A stretch of DNA of 32,000 nt from Methanococcus maripaludis. Its GTDB lineage: Archaea; AGJL01; Methanococci; Methanococcales; Methanococcaceae. This document shows, one piece after another, positions 17,237-27,540 of this stretch (its first letter is position 1; every line of letters starts with the position of its first letter). The stretch covers positions 660,001 to 692,000 of the forward strand of contig NZ_CP026606.1 of NCBI RefSeq assembly GCF_002945325.1, read 5' to 3'. The position numbers and the translations under genes are program-made. A model generated the notes under the pieces. It ran no database searches. It was not told where the DNA came from and saw only the letters and a list, made by a program, of their open reading frames with translations.

Positions 17237-19228
17237 TTAGTGGATTTTGCTTCCAACTGGAAGGTCCCTGTCAAGCGCCAATAAACTTACAATACTGTCG
17301 TCTTCTGCTGCTAAAAGCATTCCTTGTGACTCAACACCGCATAATTTTGCAGGTTTTAAGTTGCAGATGATAATTACTTTTTTTCCAACGAGTTCTTCTG
17401 CTTCATAAGCCCCTTTCAATCCAGAAACAATTTGTCTTTTTTCATCGCCCAAATCAGCAATAATTTTGTAGAGTTTTTTTGATCTTGGAACTTCTTCAAC
17501 CTCTAAAATCTGTCCAACTCTCAAATCAATGTTTCCAAAGTAATCAATGTCAATAATATCCATTTTTTCACCAGATTTTACTTTTTTGGACTTTTCGTCC
17601 GCTTTTGTTTCGGCCTTTTTCGTAGCTTTTAAAAGATTTTCTTTCATTCTCGAAATATCTTCATCGCTTACCTTGGTAAATATAACTTTCGGTTTTTTAA
17701 GAGGATTTCCCCTAACTTCTAAATCGAGTTCTTCGTTCATGTATTCTAAAAGAAGAGCCGTTTTTTCAGGCATGAAGGAACTTAAAAGGTAAATTATGTA
17801 CTTTAAAACAACAGAACATGTGTACATTACTTCTTTTAATCTTTCTTCATCTTTAATTGCCCATGGCGCCATTCCCTGGAAGTAACCGTTTCCATCTTTT
17901 GCCAAATGAATAATTTCCATTAATGCATCTTTAAAGTTGTATTCCCTAATTAATGAATCAACAAGTTTTTCTGTATCTTCACATTTTGAAATTAACTTTT
18001 TATCTTCGCCTTTTAACTGGTTTAAGTCCACAATTGGAGTACTGCCAAATTTACGTTCCGTAAATACTAAAGTTCTGTGTGTAAAGTTTCCGATAATATC
18101 AATTAATTCAGTATTAATCCTTTTTTGGAAATCGTCCCATGAAAAGTCGGTATCCCTATTTAATGGAGCATTTATCATGAAGAAATATCTTAAATAGTCA
18201 GAACTAAAGTTTTCAACAAAATCTTTAACCCATACAACCCAGTTTTTACTTGTACTCATTTTTTTGTTTTCAAGAGTTAAGTAACCGCCGCTAACAACCG
18301 CGTTTGGCATTTTGTATCCGCCGATTCCTTTTAAAATTCCCGGCCAAAATACCGCATGGTGTACAGTGATATCCTTTCCAATAAAGTGTGAAATTTTTGA
18401 TTCATCTGTATTTTCAAGCCAGTAGCTTTTCCAGATATTTCCAAGCTGTTTTGTAAAAGATACATATCCAATTGGAGCTTCAATCCAGACATACATCACC
18501 TGATCGTCGCATCCTGGGATTGGGACACCCCATTTTATGTTTCTTGAAACGTCCCAGTCGTGAAGTTCTTCAATCCATCTTAAAGCCATATTTTTTACGT
18601 GTTCCGGCATTTCTGGAGAATTTTCAATGTATTCTTTTAAAACATCTTGCATTGCACTTAATTTAAAGAAATAGTGTGTAGTTCTTTTGATTTCGGGTTT
18701 TGAATTACAGTGTATACAGTACGGGTTTACAAGTTCTGTTGGTTCAAGGTGTCTTCCGCAAACCTCACAGTGGTCGCCTCTTGCTTCGCCTTCACAAAAT
18801 GGACAGATTCCTTCAACGTACCTGTCTGCAAGGTACATGTCACATTTTTCGCAGTAAAATTGTTCAATTTCCTTTTCGTAAATGTATCCATTTTCTTTTA
18901 ATTTTGAATAAAATTCTTGAGCAGTTTCGATGTGTATATCACTGTGTGTCCTTCCAAAATTATCAAAACAAATGTTTAAACTGTCAAGGTCTGCTTTTAT
19001 TGCATTATGGTATCTGTCAACAATATCTATCGGTTTTACGCCTTCTTTTTCGGCAGTTAGTGTAATGGGAACTCCGTGGTTATCTGTTCCCCCGATATGG
19101 ATTACTTCTTCCCCTTTAAGTTTTAAATATCTTGTATAAATGTCTGCAGGGATGTAAGTACTTCTCGCGTGCCCAAGATGAAGGGGCCCATTTGTATATG
19201 CCAATGCAGTTGTAACTAAATGCCTCAT
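17237..19228 (-). CDS. metG: methionyl-tRNA synthetase with C-terminal Trbp111/EMAP-like tRNA-binding domain
   Basis: The protein starts [23 protein letters not shown], which contains the HIGH motif, and has the KMSTS motif and CxxC zinc knuckles. The C-terminal domain includes [14 protein letters not shown]...[11 protein letters not shown] 19228 follows GGAGGA, so the listed 20-codon N-terminal extension is rejected. Confidence 0.95.
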   Translation of the reverse strand: MRHLVTTALAYTNGPLHLGHARSTYIPADIYTRYLKLKGEEVIHIGGTDNHGVPITLTAEKEGVKPIDIVDRYHNAIKADLDSLNICFDNFGRTHSDIHIETAQEFYSKLKENGYIYEKEIEQFYCEKCDMYLADRYVEGICPFCEGEARGDHCEVCGRHLEPTELVNPYCIHCNSKPEIKRTTHYFFKLSAMQDVLKEYIENSPEMPEHVKNMALRWIEELHDWDVSRNIKWGVPIPGCDDQVMYVWIEAPIGYVSFTKQLGNIWKSYWLENTDESKISHFIGKDITVHHAVFWPGILKGIGGYKMPNAVVSGGYLTLENKKMSTSKNWVVWVKDFVENFSSDYLRYFFMINAPLNRDTDFSWDDFQKRINTELIDIIGNFTHRTLVFTERKFGSTPIVDLNQLKGEDKKLISKCEDTEKLVDSLIREYNFKDALMEIIHLAKDGNGYFQGMAPWAIKDEERLKEVMYTCSVVLKYIIYLLSSFMPEKTALLLEYMNEELDLEVRGNPLKKPKVIFTKVSDEDISRMKENLLKATKKAETKADEKSKKVKSGEKMDIIDIDYFGNIDLRVGQILEVEEVPRSKKLYKIIADLGDEKRQIVSGLKGAYEAEELVGKKVIIICNLKPAKLCGVESQGMLLAAEDDSIVSLLALDRDLPVGSKIH

Positions 19229-19290
19229 CTTAATCCTCCAAATAATCGTAAAATTTATTAACATTCGTACAAAATGAATTGTAAACATTT

Positions 19291-19312
19291 TATTAATAGA
19301 TTATTAATAGAT
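19291..19312. repeat. perfect tandem duplication 2 x 11 bp (TATTAATAGAT) in the metG/gap divergent intergenic region
   Basis: Read directly from the sequence: 19291-19301 equals 19302-19312. Confidence 0.9.
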
Positions 19313-19446
19313 ATTTGTGAAATTCAAAACCGATTTTCAAAAACGATATATAAATTAATATAGATAATATTTATATCTAAGTTAAAACTTTCTAAAAATA
19401 AATATTTTCTAAATAGGGGTAAAAATAGATATAAACTGGTGATTTT

Positions 19447-20469
19447 ATGGCAAATGTATTGATAAACGGATACGGCTCTATCGGTAAAAGGGTTGCCGAT
19501 GCAGTAGCTAAACAGGACGACATGAAAGTTATTGGAGTTACAAAAACGAAACCTGACTTTGAAGCCAGAATGGCTGTTGAAAAGGGATACAAATTATTTG
19601 CAGCAATTCCTGAAAGAAAACATCTTTTTGAAGAAGCAGGAATTCCTGTTGAAGGAACACTTGACGATATTATTGAAGATGCAGATATTGTAGTTGACGG
19701 AGCCCCTAAAAAAATTGGAAAAGCAAATCTCGAAAACGTATACAAAAAACACGGCGTAAAAGCAATAATCCAAGGTGGAGAAAAAGCAGGCGACGCACAA
19801 GACTCATTTAACTCACTATGGAGCTACGAAAGATGCTACGGAAAAGACTACATCAGACTCGTATCATGCAACACCACAGGACTTTGTAGATCAATGTACG
19901 CAATTAATTCAGTTGCTGACATTTTAAAAGCAAGAATCGTACTCATAAGAAGAGCTGCTGATCCTAACGACATAAAAACAGGACCAGTAAATGCAATCGT
20001 TCCAAATCCAGTATCAGTTCCATCACACCACGGACCAGACGTTGTTTCAGTTATTCCCGAACTCGATGGAAAAATCATGACTTCAGCAGTTATCGTTCCA
20101 ACAACACTGATGCACATGCACTCAATAATGGTAGAAACTTCAGGTACCACAAGAGACGAAATAATTGATGCACTTGCAAAAACACCAAGAATATTAACCG
20201 TGAAAGCTTCAGAAGGATTTGATTCGACTGCAAAAATTATTGAATACGCAAGAGACCTTGGAAGAAGCAGATACGATTTAAACGAAATTGCAGTATGGGA
20301 AGAAAGCGTAAACGTTGTAGACAACGAAGTTTACATGATGCAGGCAATACACCAGGAAAGCGATGTTATCCCTGAAAACGTGGACTGTATTAGAGCAATG
20401 CTCGAAATGGAAAGCGACAACTTAAAATCAATTGAAAAAACCAATAAAGCAATGGGTTTAATTAAATAA
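19447..20469 (+). CDS. gap: type II (archaeal) NAD(P)-dependent glyceraldehyde-3-phosphate dehydrogenase
   Basis: The N-terminus is [20 protein letters not shown]. The catalytic motif is SCNTTGL. Its length is 340 aa. GGTGA lies 4 nt before the ATG. Confidence 0.95.
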   Translation: MANVLINGYGSIGKRVADAVAKQDDMKVIGVTKTKPDFEARMAVEKGYKLFAAIPERKHLFEEAGIPVEGTLDDIIEDADIVVDGAPKKIGKANLENVYKKHGVKAIIQGGEKAGDAQDSFNSLWSYERCYGKDYIRLVSCNTTGLCRSMYAINSVADILKARIVLIRRAADPNDIKTGPVNAIVPNPVSVPSHHGPDVVSVIPELDGKIMTSAVIVPTTLMHMHSIMVETSGTTRDEIIDALAKTPRILTVKASEGFDSTAKIIEYARDLGRSRYDLNEIAVWEESVNVVDNEVYMMQAIHQESDVIPENVDCIRAMLEMESDNLKSIEKTNKAMGLIK

Positions 20470-20535
20470 CTTATTTAAATCTGCTTTTTTACATATTTTA
20501 ACACAAATATCAAACTTGAATTTACACGTGATTTT

Positions 20536-20916
20536 ATGAAATACCTAAGAGGGCATTCTTTTGAAGAATTTGTCGAAAAAATAGAGAATTTAGACGCTGA
20601 AGAGGATGCAATATATATAAACACAGAACTCTCTAAAAACATCATAATTGAAATTTTGGAGAGCTGTGAGGTTAAAAAAATTATTTTGCCTGAATCTAAA
20701 TTTAAAAGGACCAATAAAAAAGTACTCGGGGCTTTAAAAGAAATTGGAATTGAAGTAAAATCAATTAAACCAACTACTGGACGACCCACAAGTAAAAAAG
20801 AAATTGTGGAGAGATATATTGAAAAAACTCCAAAAGAAATTTCTGAAATTACACAAATTCCAATAAAAACTGTTGAATATCATTATTATAAAATTAAAAA
20901 GGCCATTTCACAGTAA
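20536..20916 (+). CDS. small archaeal protein with C-terminal helix-turn-helix
   Basis: The C-terminal segment TPKEISEITQIPIKTVEYHYYKIKK looks like a LuxR/sigma-r4-type HTH. The N-terminal roughly 80 aa belong to no family I recognise. The antisense ORF 20475..20789 is compositionally implausible. Confidence 0.6.
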   Translation: MKYLRGHSFEEFVEKIENLDAEEDAIYINTELSKNIIIEILESCEVKKIILPESKFKRTNKKVLGALKEIGIEVKSIKPTTGRPTSKKEIVERYIEKTPKEISEITQIPIKTVEYHYYKIKKAISQ

Positions 20917-20984
20917 ATCGAATTAATTAACAATCATATATCATTTCTAATAATATCTATAAATTTCTAAATATTGGTGAAATA

Positions 20985-22013
20985 TTGGTATTCTGCATCA
21001 AAGTTAATTTCAAACTGGGCGAAAAAGCACGAAAAATCATGCTTGATAATGATTTACTTAGTAAAAGCTATAAATTAAAAAAAGAAGGGGAATTTTTATA
21101 CATTCCGTTAACTTCCAGTAATTTCGATAAAAAAATTTTTGAAGATGAAAATATCGATTTTGAACTTTCTAAAATCGACGAAAATGAAATTTCAAAGATA
21201 AACTCTGAAAAAAAGACAAGTTTTAAGGATTATCTTTTAAAAAATTTTAAAAATGAAGTTGATGGAAATTTAATCGCTCACGCGTATGACATAATTGGAG
21301 ATATCGTAATTTTACAGATTTCAGAAGAAATTGCCCCAGAAATTAGGAAAAAAATTGGAGAAAATGCTTTAAAATTAATTCCTTCGGTAAAAGCAGTTTT
21401 TAGGCGAGAAAGCGATGTGAAAGGGGATTTCAGGGTTAGGGATCTTGAACATCTCGCAGGCAAAGAAAAAACACTTACATTATACAAAGAAAATGGATAC
21501 CGGCTTTTAGTTGATGTTGCTAAAGTTTACTTCTCACCAAGGCTCGGGTGGGAGAGAAAAAGAATAATGGACCTTGTAACCATTGATGACATTGTAGTTG
21601 ACATGTTCTGCGGAGTTGGACCATATTCTATTGCTTGTAAAAATGCGGAAAAAATATATTCAGTCGATATAAACCCGGATGGAATTGAACTTTTAAAACA
21701 AAACATCGTGCTAAATAATCTCGAAAATAAAATAGTCCCAATTTTAGAAGATGTAAGAAATGTGGATCTGAAGGGAACCCGCGTTATAATGAATTTGCCA
21801 AAATACGCCCATGAATTCGTAGATAAAGCCCTTGAAATCGTTGAAGATGGCGGAACAATTCACTACTACACGGTAGGTGCAGAGTTTGATGAAGGAATTG
21901 AACTTTTCAAATCAAAGTGCGATTGTGAAGTTGTTGATAAAAGAATCGTGAAATCATATTCCCCAAGAGAATACGTATTTGTAATTGATTTTAAAATACT
22001 AAAAAAGAATTAA
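20985..22013 (+). CDS. trm5: tRNA (guanine37-N1)-methyltransferase Trm5 (Trm5b type)
   Basis: Class I SAM methyltransferase motifs are present (VDMFCGVGPYSIAC, NLP). At about 340 aa its three-domain length matches MJ0883-type Trm5. The TTG start lies 4 nt after GGTGA. Confidence 0.8.
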   Translation: MVFCIKVNFKLGEKARKIMLDNDLLSKSYKLKKEGEFLYIPLTSSNFDKKIFEDENIDFELSKIDENEISKINSEKKTSFKDYLLKNFKNEVDGNLIAHAYDIIGDIVILQISEEIAPEIRKKIGENALKLIPSVKAVFRRESDVKGDFRVRDLEHLAGKEKTLTLYKENGYRLLVDVAKVYFSPRLGWERKRIMDLVTIDDIVVDMFCGVGPYSIACKNAEKIYSVDINPDGIELLKQNIVLNNLENKIVPILEDVRNVDLKGTRVIMNLPKYAHEFVDKALEIVEDGGTIHYYTVGAEFDEGIELFKSKCDCEVVDKRIVKSYSPREYVFVIDFKILKKN

Positions 22014-22022
22014 CTTAAATTT

Positions 22023-23483
22023 TTAAAAGAAGCTGTCCAAAGTTGCCTGTTTTTTTGGATCTTTTTTCTTTTCTTCTTCTTTTTTATTTACTTTTTCAGA
22101 AGGTTGAACGGTTTCTTCGATTACCTCTTTTAAAGGTTCTTTTGGAGTTTCTGAAATTCTAGGACGTTTTGGAATAACGGGCATTACTTCTTTGGGAGTT
22201 TCTTTTTTCTTCGGGGTTTCTTTTTTAACTTTTGGTTTTTTACCAGCAATTACTGAAAGTATTTTTTTTGTAATTGTTTTGTTGGTTAAAAACTCCATTT
22301 CATCCTTTGTAAGTTCATAATATTCCACAAGTTCTGCAGAAACTTCCGGATTTGATTCAAAAATTACAGTCAAATAATCCACGGTATTTCTTGCTCTTTT
22401 TGTTGAAGTATGGGTCTTTAAAGCTATTTTTTTCAAAATATCTTTCATTTTCTGTCTGCTACCCTTAGTCCTGCTTAATTTTGTAAAGATAGCAGGTGGC
22501 CCATATCGGGTAAATCCTCGATACTTTTCTTCTTTTGCTAAAGCAGTTCCAGCAGTCATTAAAGCTGAAGCATATCTCCAAAGTCCAAAATACTGTCTTC
22601 GGTAAACCCTTCCCAAAAATACATCTGATTTTGAAAGGTAGTCATACCCTTCTGCAAGATCCTTGTATTTTAAATATTCTTTTGGTAAATTTTCAGAAAT
22701 CCACTCTTCAATGGTTCCGATATCTTCTTTTACATCCCTTGTAGCACTTGTTGCAATGTCGTAGTGGGTTGTTTTCATTATTATTCTCATTGCATCAAAA
22801 ATACTCTTTTCACTGTCCCTATCGGGAAGTTCTTTTGCATCTTCGATTTCAATCGATCCGCCCGTTGCTAATGACTGTAAATCATTTATTGCAGCCCTTA
22901 AATCTCCGCCAGAGTGACTTGCAATCATTTTAATTATTTTTTCATCGATTTCAAAACCTTCTTTTAGTGCAATTCTTCTTAAAACCGGTGGAATCGAGTT
23001 TGTGTGAACTGAACCGACATTTATCAAATTTACAGAATTTCTAAGCGTCATTAAAGCAGGTTTGTATACATCGTTTGCAGTTAAAATTACGGGGTTTTCT
23101 GCTGTTTTTAAAACTTTTATTATTTCAGCTACCCCTCCTCGGTCATCATTTCCAGAGAGCCCGTCAACCTCATCTAAAACGATTAACGTCCTTCTTCCAG
23201 TAAGTGATTTTGAAGTTGCCGCAGTTCCAACAACTTGTGAAATTACATCCTTATTTCGCTTGTCACTCGCGTTAAGTTCGATTACATCAAAAGCATAATC
23301 GTTTGCAATCGCGTAAGCTAAAGTAGTTTTACCCGATCCAGGAGGCCCTGCTAAAAGTATTGGTTTTTGATTTTGACCGCCTATAATAGATTCTATCCAT
23401 TCAACAAGTGTTTGTTTAGTTTTATTGTGCCCTGCGACATCATTTAATGATTTTGGCCTGTATTTTTCAACCCACTCTTCCAT
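22023..23483 (-). CDS. rfcL: replication factor C large subunit
   Basis: The N-terminus is MEEWVEKYRPKSLNDVAGH. Walker A is GPPGSGKTT and Walker B is LDEVD. A Lys-rich tail ends in the PIP box QATLDSFF. AGGTG lies upstream of the ATG, inside the preceding gene. Confidence 0.95.
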   Translation of the reverse strand: MEEWVEKYRPKSLNDVAGHNKTKQTLVEWIESIIGGQNQKPILLAGPPGSGKTTLAYAIANDYAFDVIELNASDKRNKDVISQVVGTAATSKSLTGRRTLIVLDEVDGLSGNDDRGGVAEIIKVLKTAENPVILTANDVYKPALMTLRNSVNLINVGSVHTNSIPPVLRRIALKEGFEIDEKIIKMIASHSGGDLRAAINDLQSLATGGSIEIEDAKELPDRDSEKSIFDAMRIIMKTTHYDIATSATRDVKEDIGTIEEWISENLPKEYLKYKDLAEGYDYLSKSDVFLGRVYRRQYFGLWRYASALMTAGTALAKEEKYRGFTRYGPPAIFTKLSRTKGSRQKMKDILKKIALKTHTSTKRARNTVDYLTVIFESNPEVSAELVEYYELTKDEMEFLTNKTITKKILSVIAGKKPKVKKETPKKKETPKEVMPVIPKRPRISETPKEPLKEVIEETVQPSEKVNKKEEEKKKDPKKQATLDSFF

Positions 23484-24029
23484 TTAAACACCTAACTTTT
23501 TTGCAAGTTCGATATGATTTTTACTGCCGACTTTTTTAATAATTTTCATTAATCTAGTCATTTCTTCTTTCATTTCTTCTTTTGAAATCATATTTTTCCG
23601 GGAATATAAAACTGCCATTTCAACAACAGCACCATCTGCACGGTTATAAGCAGAAATATTACAATTTAATATTTTTTCAAAAATAGGTTTTCCTTCGACA
23701 ATCATGAGTTTAGAACTTCCAAATTCATTTTTTGTTTCCACGATTTTTCGGTTTTTGATTTCAATTAATTCTATTTTGTAAGAATCCCTTAAATATGGAA
23801 TTTTTGTTCCGTCATTATCTAAATATTCGTAATCTCCAGCATCATCGAGAACGGATTTTGCAATTAAATAAGGACTGCAAGTATTTAGAATATAGAACTC
23901 ATCTTTTTGTAAATTTTCAAAAGTGTGTGAACCATCATACAAATGCAAAGTTACGAAATCACCTTTAAAAAAAGCTCCAATTGGCGCCTGATTAGAATTT
24001 CCCGAAGTTATAACGACTTCATACTTCAT
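23484..24029 (-). CDS. DUF447-like protein (split-barrel, flavin-binding-like fold family)
   Basis: The N-terminal pattern EVVITSGNSNQAPIGAFF and the length of about 180 aa resemble DUF447 archaeal proteins as recalled. Its stop codon abuts the rfcL start codon. Confidence 0.45.
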   Translation of the reverse strand: MKYEVVITSGNSNQAPIGAFFKGDFVTLHLYDGSHTFENLQKDEFYILNTCSPYLIAKSVLDDAGDYEYLDNDGTKIPYLRDSYKIELIEIKNRKIVETKNEFGSSKLMIVEGKPIFEKILNCNISAYNRADGAVVEMAVLYSRKNMISKEEMKEEMTRLMKIIKKVGSKNHIELAKKLGV

Positions 24030-24161
24030 AGATACCCACTGTAATCATTCAAACATACTATTTTCAACTATAATATTATATTACTACATTGATTTTATAT
24101 GTTAGTATCACTTATTAAATTTAAAAGGTTCAACTACTCATTTAATTCTTTTGGTGACATT

Positions 24162-25013
24162 ATGCGATGTTCTGCAGTTTCTTTAGGGTCAGGAACAATA
24201 ATTAATGCAATTGCAACAGGTTTTGGCTCTGCTTTCGGTGTTGATTTGAAAATAAAAGCTGATGTTGAGTTAATAGATAATGGGAAAAAAATTATAAACG
24301 GAATTTCAATAGATAACCCTACTTTAAAACCCAGTCTTGTAGAAAGATGCGTTAAAAACGTATTTGACCACTTTGAAGTTGATTATTCTGCAAAAATTTC
24401 AACAATTGGGGATATACCGATAAAATCAGGCCTAAGCAGCAGCAGTGCAGCTTCAAATGCGGCAGTTTTAGCAACAATCGGCGCACTTGGTGAAAAAGTA
24501 GATCCTGATTTGGTTTTGGATCTTGCAATAAAATCATCTTTTGAAGAAAATTTAACTGTTACTGGGGCATATGATGATGCTACTGCATCTTATTTTGGTG
24601 GAATTACCGTATGTAATAATATGGAAAGAAAAATACTGAAAAAAGATAAATTTAAAGAAGATATAAAAGTTATTGTATTAATGCCCGAATTTAAAAAGAA
24701 TGTTGATGTAAACAGAATGAAATTGATTAAAGATTACGTTGATATGGCTTTTGAAAAGTGTATGAATGGAGATTACTATAAAGCACTGTTTTTAAATGGA
24801 TTACTTTATTCTTCTGCATTAAATTTTCCATCAAACATTTCTGTTGATGCTTTAGAAGCTGGTGCAGTTACTGCGGGGCTTTCAGGAACCGGTCCTTCTT
24901 ATGTTGCTCTCTGCTACCCTGAAGATGAAAAAAACGTTGAAAATGCACTCAAAAAATATGGGGAAACCACAATTACAAAACCTAGTAATGACGGAGCTAA
25001 AATACTTTATTAA
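24162..25013 (+). CDS. aroK: archaeal GHMP-kinase-type shikimate kinase
   Basis: It has a GHMP motif, [15 protein letters not shown]. Its length of 283 aa matches the MJ1440 type. ATG 24162 follows GGTGA, so the listed upstream extension (24099) is rejected. Confidence 0.8.
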   Translation: MRCSAVSLGSGTIINAIATGFGSAFGVDLKIKADVELIDNGKKIINGISIDNPTLKPSLVERCVKNVFDHFEVDYSAKISTIGDIPIKSGLSSSSAASNAAVLATIGALGEKVDPDLVLDLAIKSSFEENLTVTGAYDDATASYFGGITVCNNMERKILKKDKFKEDIKVIVLMPEFKKNVDVNRMKLIKDYVDMAFEKCMNGDYYKALFLNGLLYSSALNFPSNISVDALEAGAVTAGLSGTGPSYVALCYPEDEKNVENALKKYGETTITKPSNDGAKILY

Positions 25014-25032
25014 CTAATTAACTGGTGAAAAT

Positions 25033-25719
25033 ATGGTCGATAAAATATATGGAATAGGTGTTGGTCCAGGGGATACAGATTTATTAACTTTAAAAGCGGT
25101 AAATGTAATTCAAAATGCAGATACCATATTTGTTCCAATTTCAAAGGAAGGAAAAGCTTCTGTTGCATATGACATTATAAAAACTATAATTCCAGAAAAC
25201 AAAAAAGTGGTAGAACTTTTGTTTCCAATGAGTAAAGATGTTGAATTTTTACAAAAACACTGGAATAATGCCGCAGAAAAAGTAATGAAAGAAAATGGAA
25301 CTGTTGCAGTTGTAACGATTGGGGATGCAACACTTTACAGTACTTTTTCATATGTTTGGCATATATTCACTGAAAATAAAATTGATGTAGAAATTATAAA
25401 CGGAATTTCATCACCATTTGCCGCTGCAGGCGTTTTAAATATCCCTCTAGTTGAAGGGGATGAAAAATTAGCAATTTTACCACAAGGAAAAGATTTAGAA
25501 AGATATTTAGAAGAATTCGATACTTTAATTGTGATGAAAACTAACGATTTGGAAGAAAAATTGAAAAATTTAAAAGATAAAAAAGATAACTATTTAGTTG
25601 GTGTTGTAAACCGAGTTACATCGAATACTCAAAAAACTGCGTTAGGAAAAATCGATGAAATTGATTTTGAACCGTTTAAAGATTATTTATCCTTAGCAAT
25701 TATTAAAAAATTGAAATAA
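25033..25719 (+). CDS. cbiL: cobalt-factor II / precorrin-2 C20-methyltransferase (CbiL/CobI)
   Basis: The tetrapyrrole methylase N-terminus is IYGIGVGPGDTDLLTLKA. The length of 228 aa fits CbiL. GGTGA precedes the ATG. Confidence 0.7.
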   Translation: MVDKIYGIGVGPGDTDLLTLKAVNVIQNADTIFVPISKEGKASVAYDIIKTIIPENKKVVELLFPMSKDVEFLQKHWNNAAEKVMKENGTVAVVTIGDATLYSTFSYVWHIFTENKIDVEIINGISSPFAAAGVLNIPLVEGDEKLAILPQGKDLERYLEEFDTLIVMKTNDLEEKLKNLKDKKDNYLVGVVNRVTSNTQKTALGKIDEIDFEPFKDYLSLAIIKKLK

Positions 25720-25796
25720 GTTTCATTAATTTATACATCGATACTTTTTTATTTAATTTGCTCGAATATTAGCTTAATCGTTAATGGTGGTAAGAT

Positions 25797-27449
25797 ATGA
25801 TAAGTGATAACGTCAAAAAGGGAGTTATAAGAACTCCAAACCGGGCTCTTTTAAAAGCTTGCGGATATACAGACGAAGACATGGAAAAACCATTTATTGG
25901 AATTGTAAACAGCTTTACAGAAGTTGTTCCTGGCCACATTCACTTAAGAACATTATCGGAAGCGGCCAAACATGGTGTTTATGCAAACGGTGGAACGCCA
26001 TTTGAATTTAATACCATTGGAATTTGCGACGGTATTGCAATGGGCCACGAAGGTATGAAATACTCTTTACCTTCAAGAGAAATTATTGCAGACGCTGTTG
26101 AATCAATGGCAAGAGCACATGGATTTGATGGTCTTGTTTTAATTCCTACGTGTGATAAAATCGTTCCTGGAATGATAATGGGTGCCATACGACTAAACAT
26201 TCCATTTATTGTAGTTACTGGAGGACCAATGCTTCCGGGAGAATTCCAAGGTAAAAAATACGAACTTATCAGCCTTTTTGAAGGTGTCGGAGAATACCAA
26301 GTTGGAAAAATTACTGAAGAAGAATTAAAGTGCATTGAAGACTGTGCATGTTCAGGTGCTGGAAGTTGTGCAGGGCTTTACACTGCAAACAGTATGGCCT
26401 GCCTTACAGAAGCTTTGGGACTCTCTCTTCCAATGTGTGCAACAACGCATGCAGTTGATGCTCAAAAGGTTAGGCTTGCTAAAAAAAGTGGCTCAAAAAT
26501 TGTTGATATGGTAAAAGAAGACTTAAAACCAACAGACATATTAACAAAAGAAGCTTTTGAAAACGCTATTTTGGTCGATCTTGCACTTGGTGGATCAACA
26601 AACACAACATTACACATTCCTGCAATTGCAAATGAAATTGAAAATAAATTCATAACTCTCGATGACTTTGACAGGTTAAGCAATGAAGTTCCGCATATTG
26701 CATCAATCAAACCGGGTGGAGAACACTACATGATTGATTTACATAATGCTGGAGGTATTCCTGCGGTATTGAATGTGTTAAAAGAAAAAATTAGAGATAC
26801 AAAAACGGTTGACGGAAGAAGCCTATTAGAAATTGCAGAATCTGTTAAATACATAAATTACGACGTTATAAGAAAAGTAGAAGCTCCAGTTCACGAAACT
26901 GCTGGTTTAAGAGTTTTAAAAGGAAATCTTGCTCCAAACGGTTGCGTTGTAAAAATTGGTGCAGTAAATCCAAAAATGTACAAACACGATGGACCTGCAA
27001 AAGTTTACAATTCCGAAGATGAAGCAATTTCTGCGATACTTGGTGGAAAAATTGTAGAAGGCGACGTTATAGTCATCAGATACGAAGGACCATCAGGAGG
27101 TCCAGGAATGAGAGAAATGCTCTCCCCAACTTCAGCAATCTGCGGAATGGGTCTTGATGACAGTGTTGCATTGATTACTGATGGAAGATTCAGCGGAGGA
27201 AGTAGAGGCCCATGTATCGGACACGTTTCTCCAGAAGCAGCAGCTGGTGGAGTAATTGCTGCAATTGAAAATGGAGATATTATCAAAATTGACATGATTG
27301 AAAAAGAAATAAATGTTGATTTAGATGAATCAGTCATTAAAGAAAGACTCTCAAAACTGGGAGAATTTGGGCCTAAAATCAAAAAAGGCTATTTATCAAG
27401 ATACTCAAAACTAGTCTCGTCTGCTGATGAAGGGGCAGTTTTAAAATAA
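25797..27449 (+). CDS. ilvD: dihydroxy-acid dehydratase
   Basis: It resembles IlvD over its full length, including the motifs [18 protein letters not shown] and [13 protein letters not shown] precedes the ATG. Confidence 0.95.
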   Translation: MISDNVKKGVIRTPNRALLKACGYTDEDMEKPFIGIVNSFTEVVPGHIHLRTLSEAAKHGVYANGGTPFEFNTIGICDGIAMGHEGMKYSLPSREIIADAVESMARAHGFDGLVLIPTCDKIVPGMIMGAIRLNIPFIVVTGGPMLPGEFQGKKYELISLFEGVGEYQVGKITEEELKCIEDCACSGAGSCAGLYTANSMACLTEALGLSLPMCATTHAVDAQKVRLAKKSGSKIVDMVKEDLKPTDILTKEAFENAILVDLALGGSTNTTLHIPAIANEIENKFITLDDFDRLSNEVPHIASIKPGGEHYMIDLHNAGGIPAVLNVLKEKIRDTKTVDGRSLLEIAESVKYINYDVIRKVEAPVHETAGLRVLKGNLAPNGCVVKIGAVNPKMYKHDGPAKVYNSEDEAISAILGGKIVEGDVIVIRYEGPSGGPGMREMLSPTSAICGMGLDDSVALITDGRFSGGSRGPCIGHVSPEAAAGGVIAAIENGDIIKIDMIEKEINVDLDESVIKERLSKLGEFGPKIKKGYLSRYSKLVSSADEGAVLK

Positions 27450-27469
27450 TTAAAAAATAACTAAAATAC

Positions 27470-27477
27470 TTTTTTTT
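27470..27477 (+). terminator. oligo-T (T8) terminator candidate after ilvD
   Basis: A run of 8 T lies 20 nt after the ilvD stop, in the convergent ilvD/fbp spacer. An A7 run at 27516-27522 gives T7 on the minus strand for fbp. Confidence 0.45.
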
Positions 27478-27540
27478 AAATTTTAGATTTTACATTTCAA
27501 TTTTAAAAAATGATTAAAAAAATAGTAATTCATGGAAAAA

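Noticed and set aside
19229-19288. 20-codon N-terminal extension of metG ([20 protein letters not shown]). Analogous upstream extensions occur at aroK (24099..24161), the Mmp6-like gene (9851..9904), HIT (13311..13322) and the dph6-like gene (3016..3024).
   Set aside because: In each case an internal ATG is preceded at the proper distance by GGAGGA, GGTGA or GGTG. The conserved protein sequence begins at that ATG, and the extensions are AT-rich read-through of the leader.
20475-20789. 104-aa minus-strand ORF overlapping the small HTH gene
   Set aside because: It has the Ser/Phe/Ile-rich composition of antisense sequence and no SD. The plus-strand ORF has a GTGA element before its ATG and a recognisable HTH.
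22195-22228. Imperfect tandem DNA repeat (GGGGTTTCTTTTTT-like units) near the 3' end of rfcL
   Set aside because: It is explained by the repeated KKETPK peptide units of the Lys-rich RfcL tail. It is not an independent DNA element.
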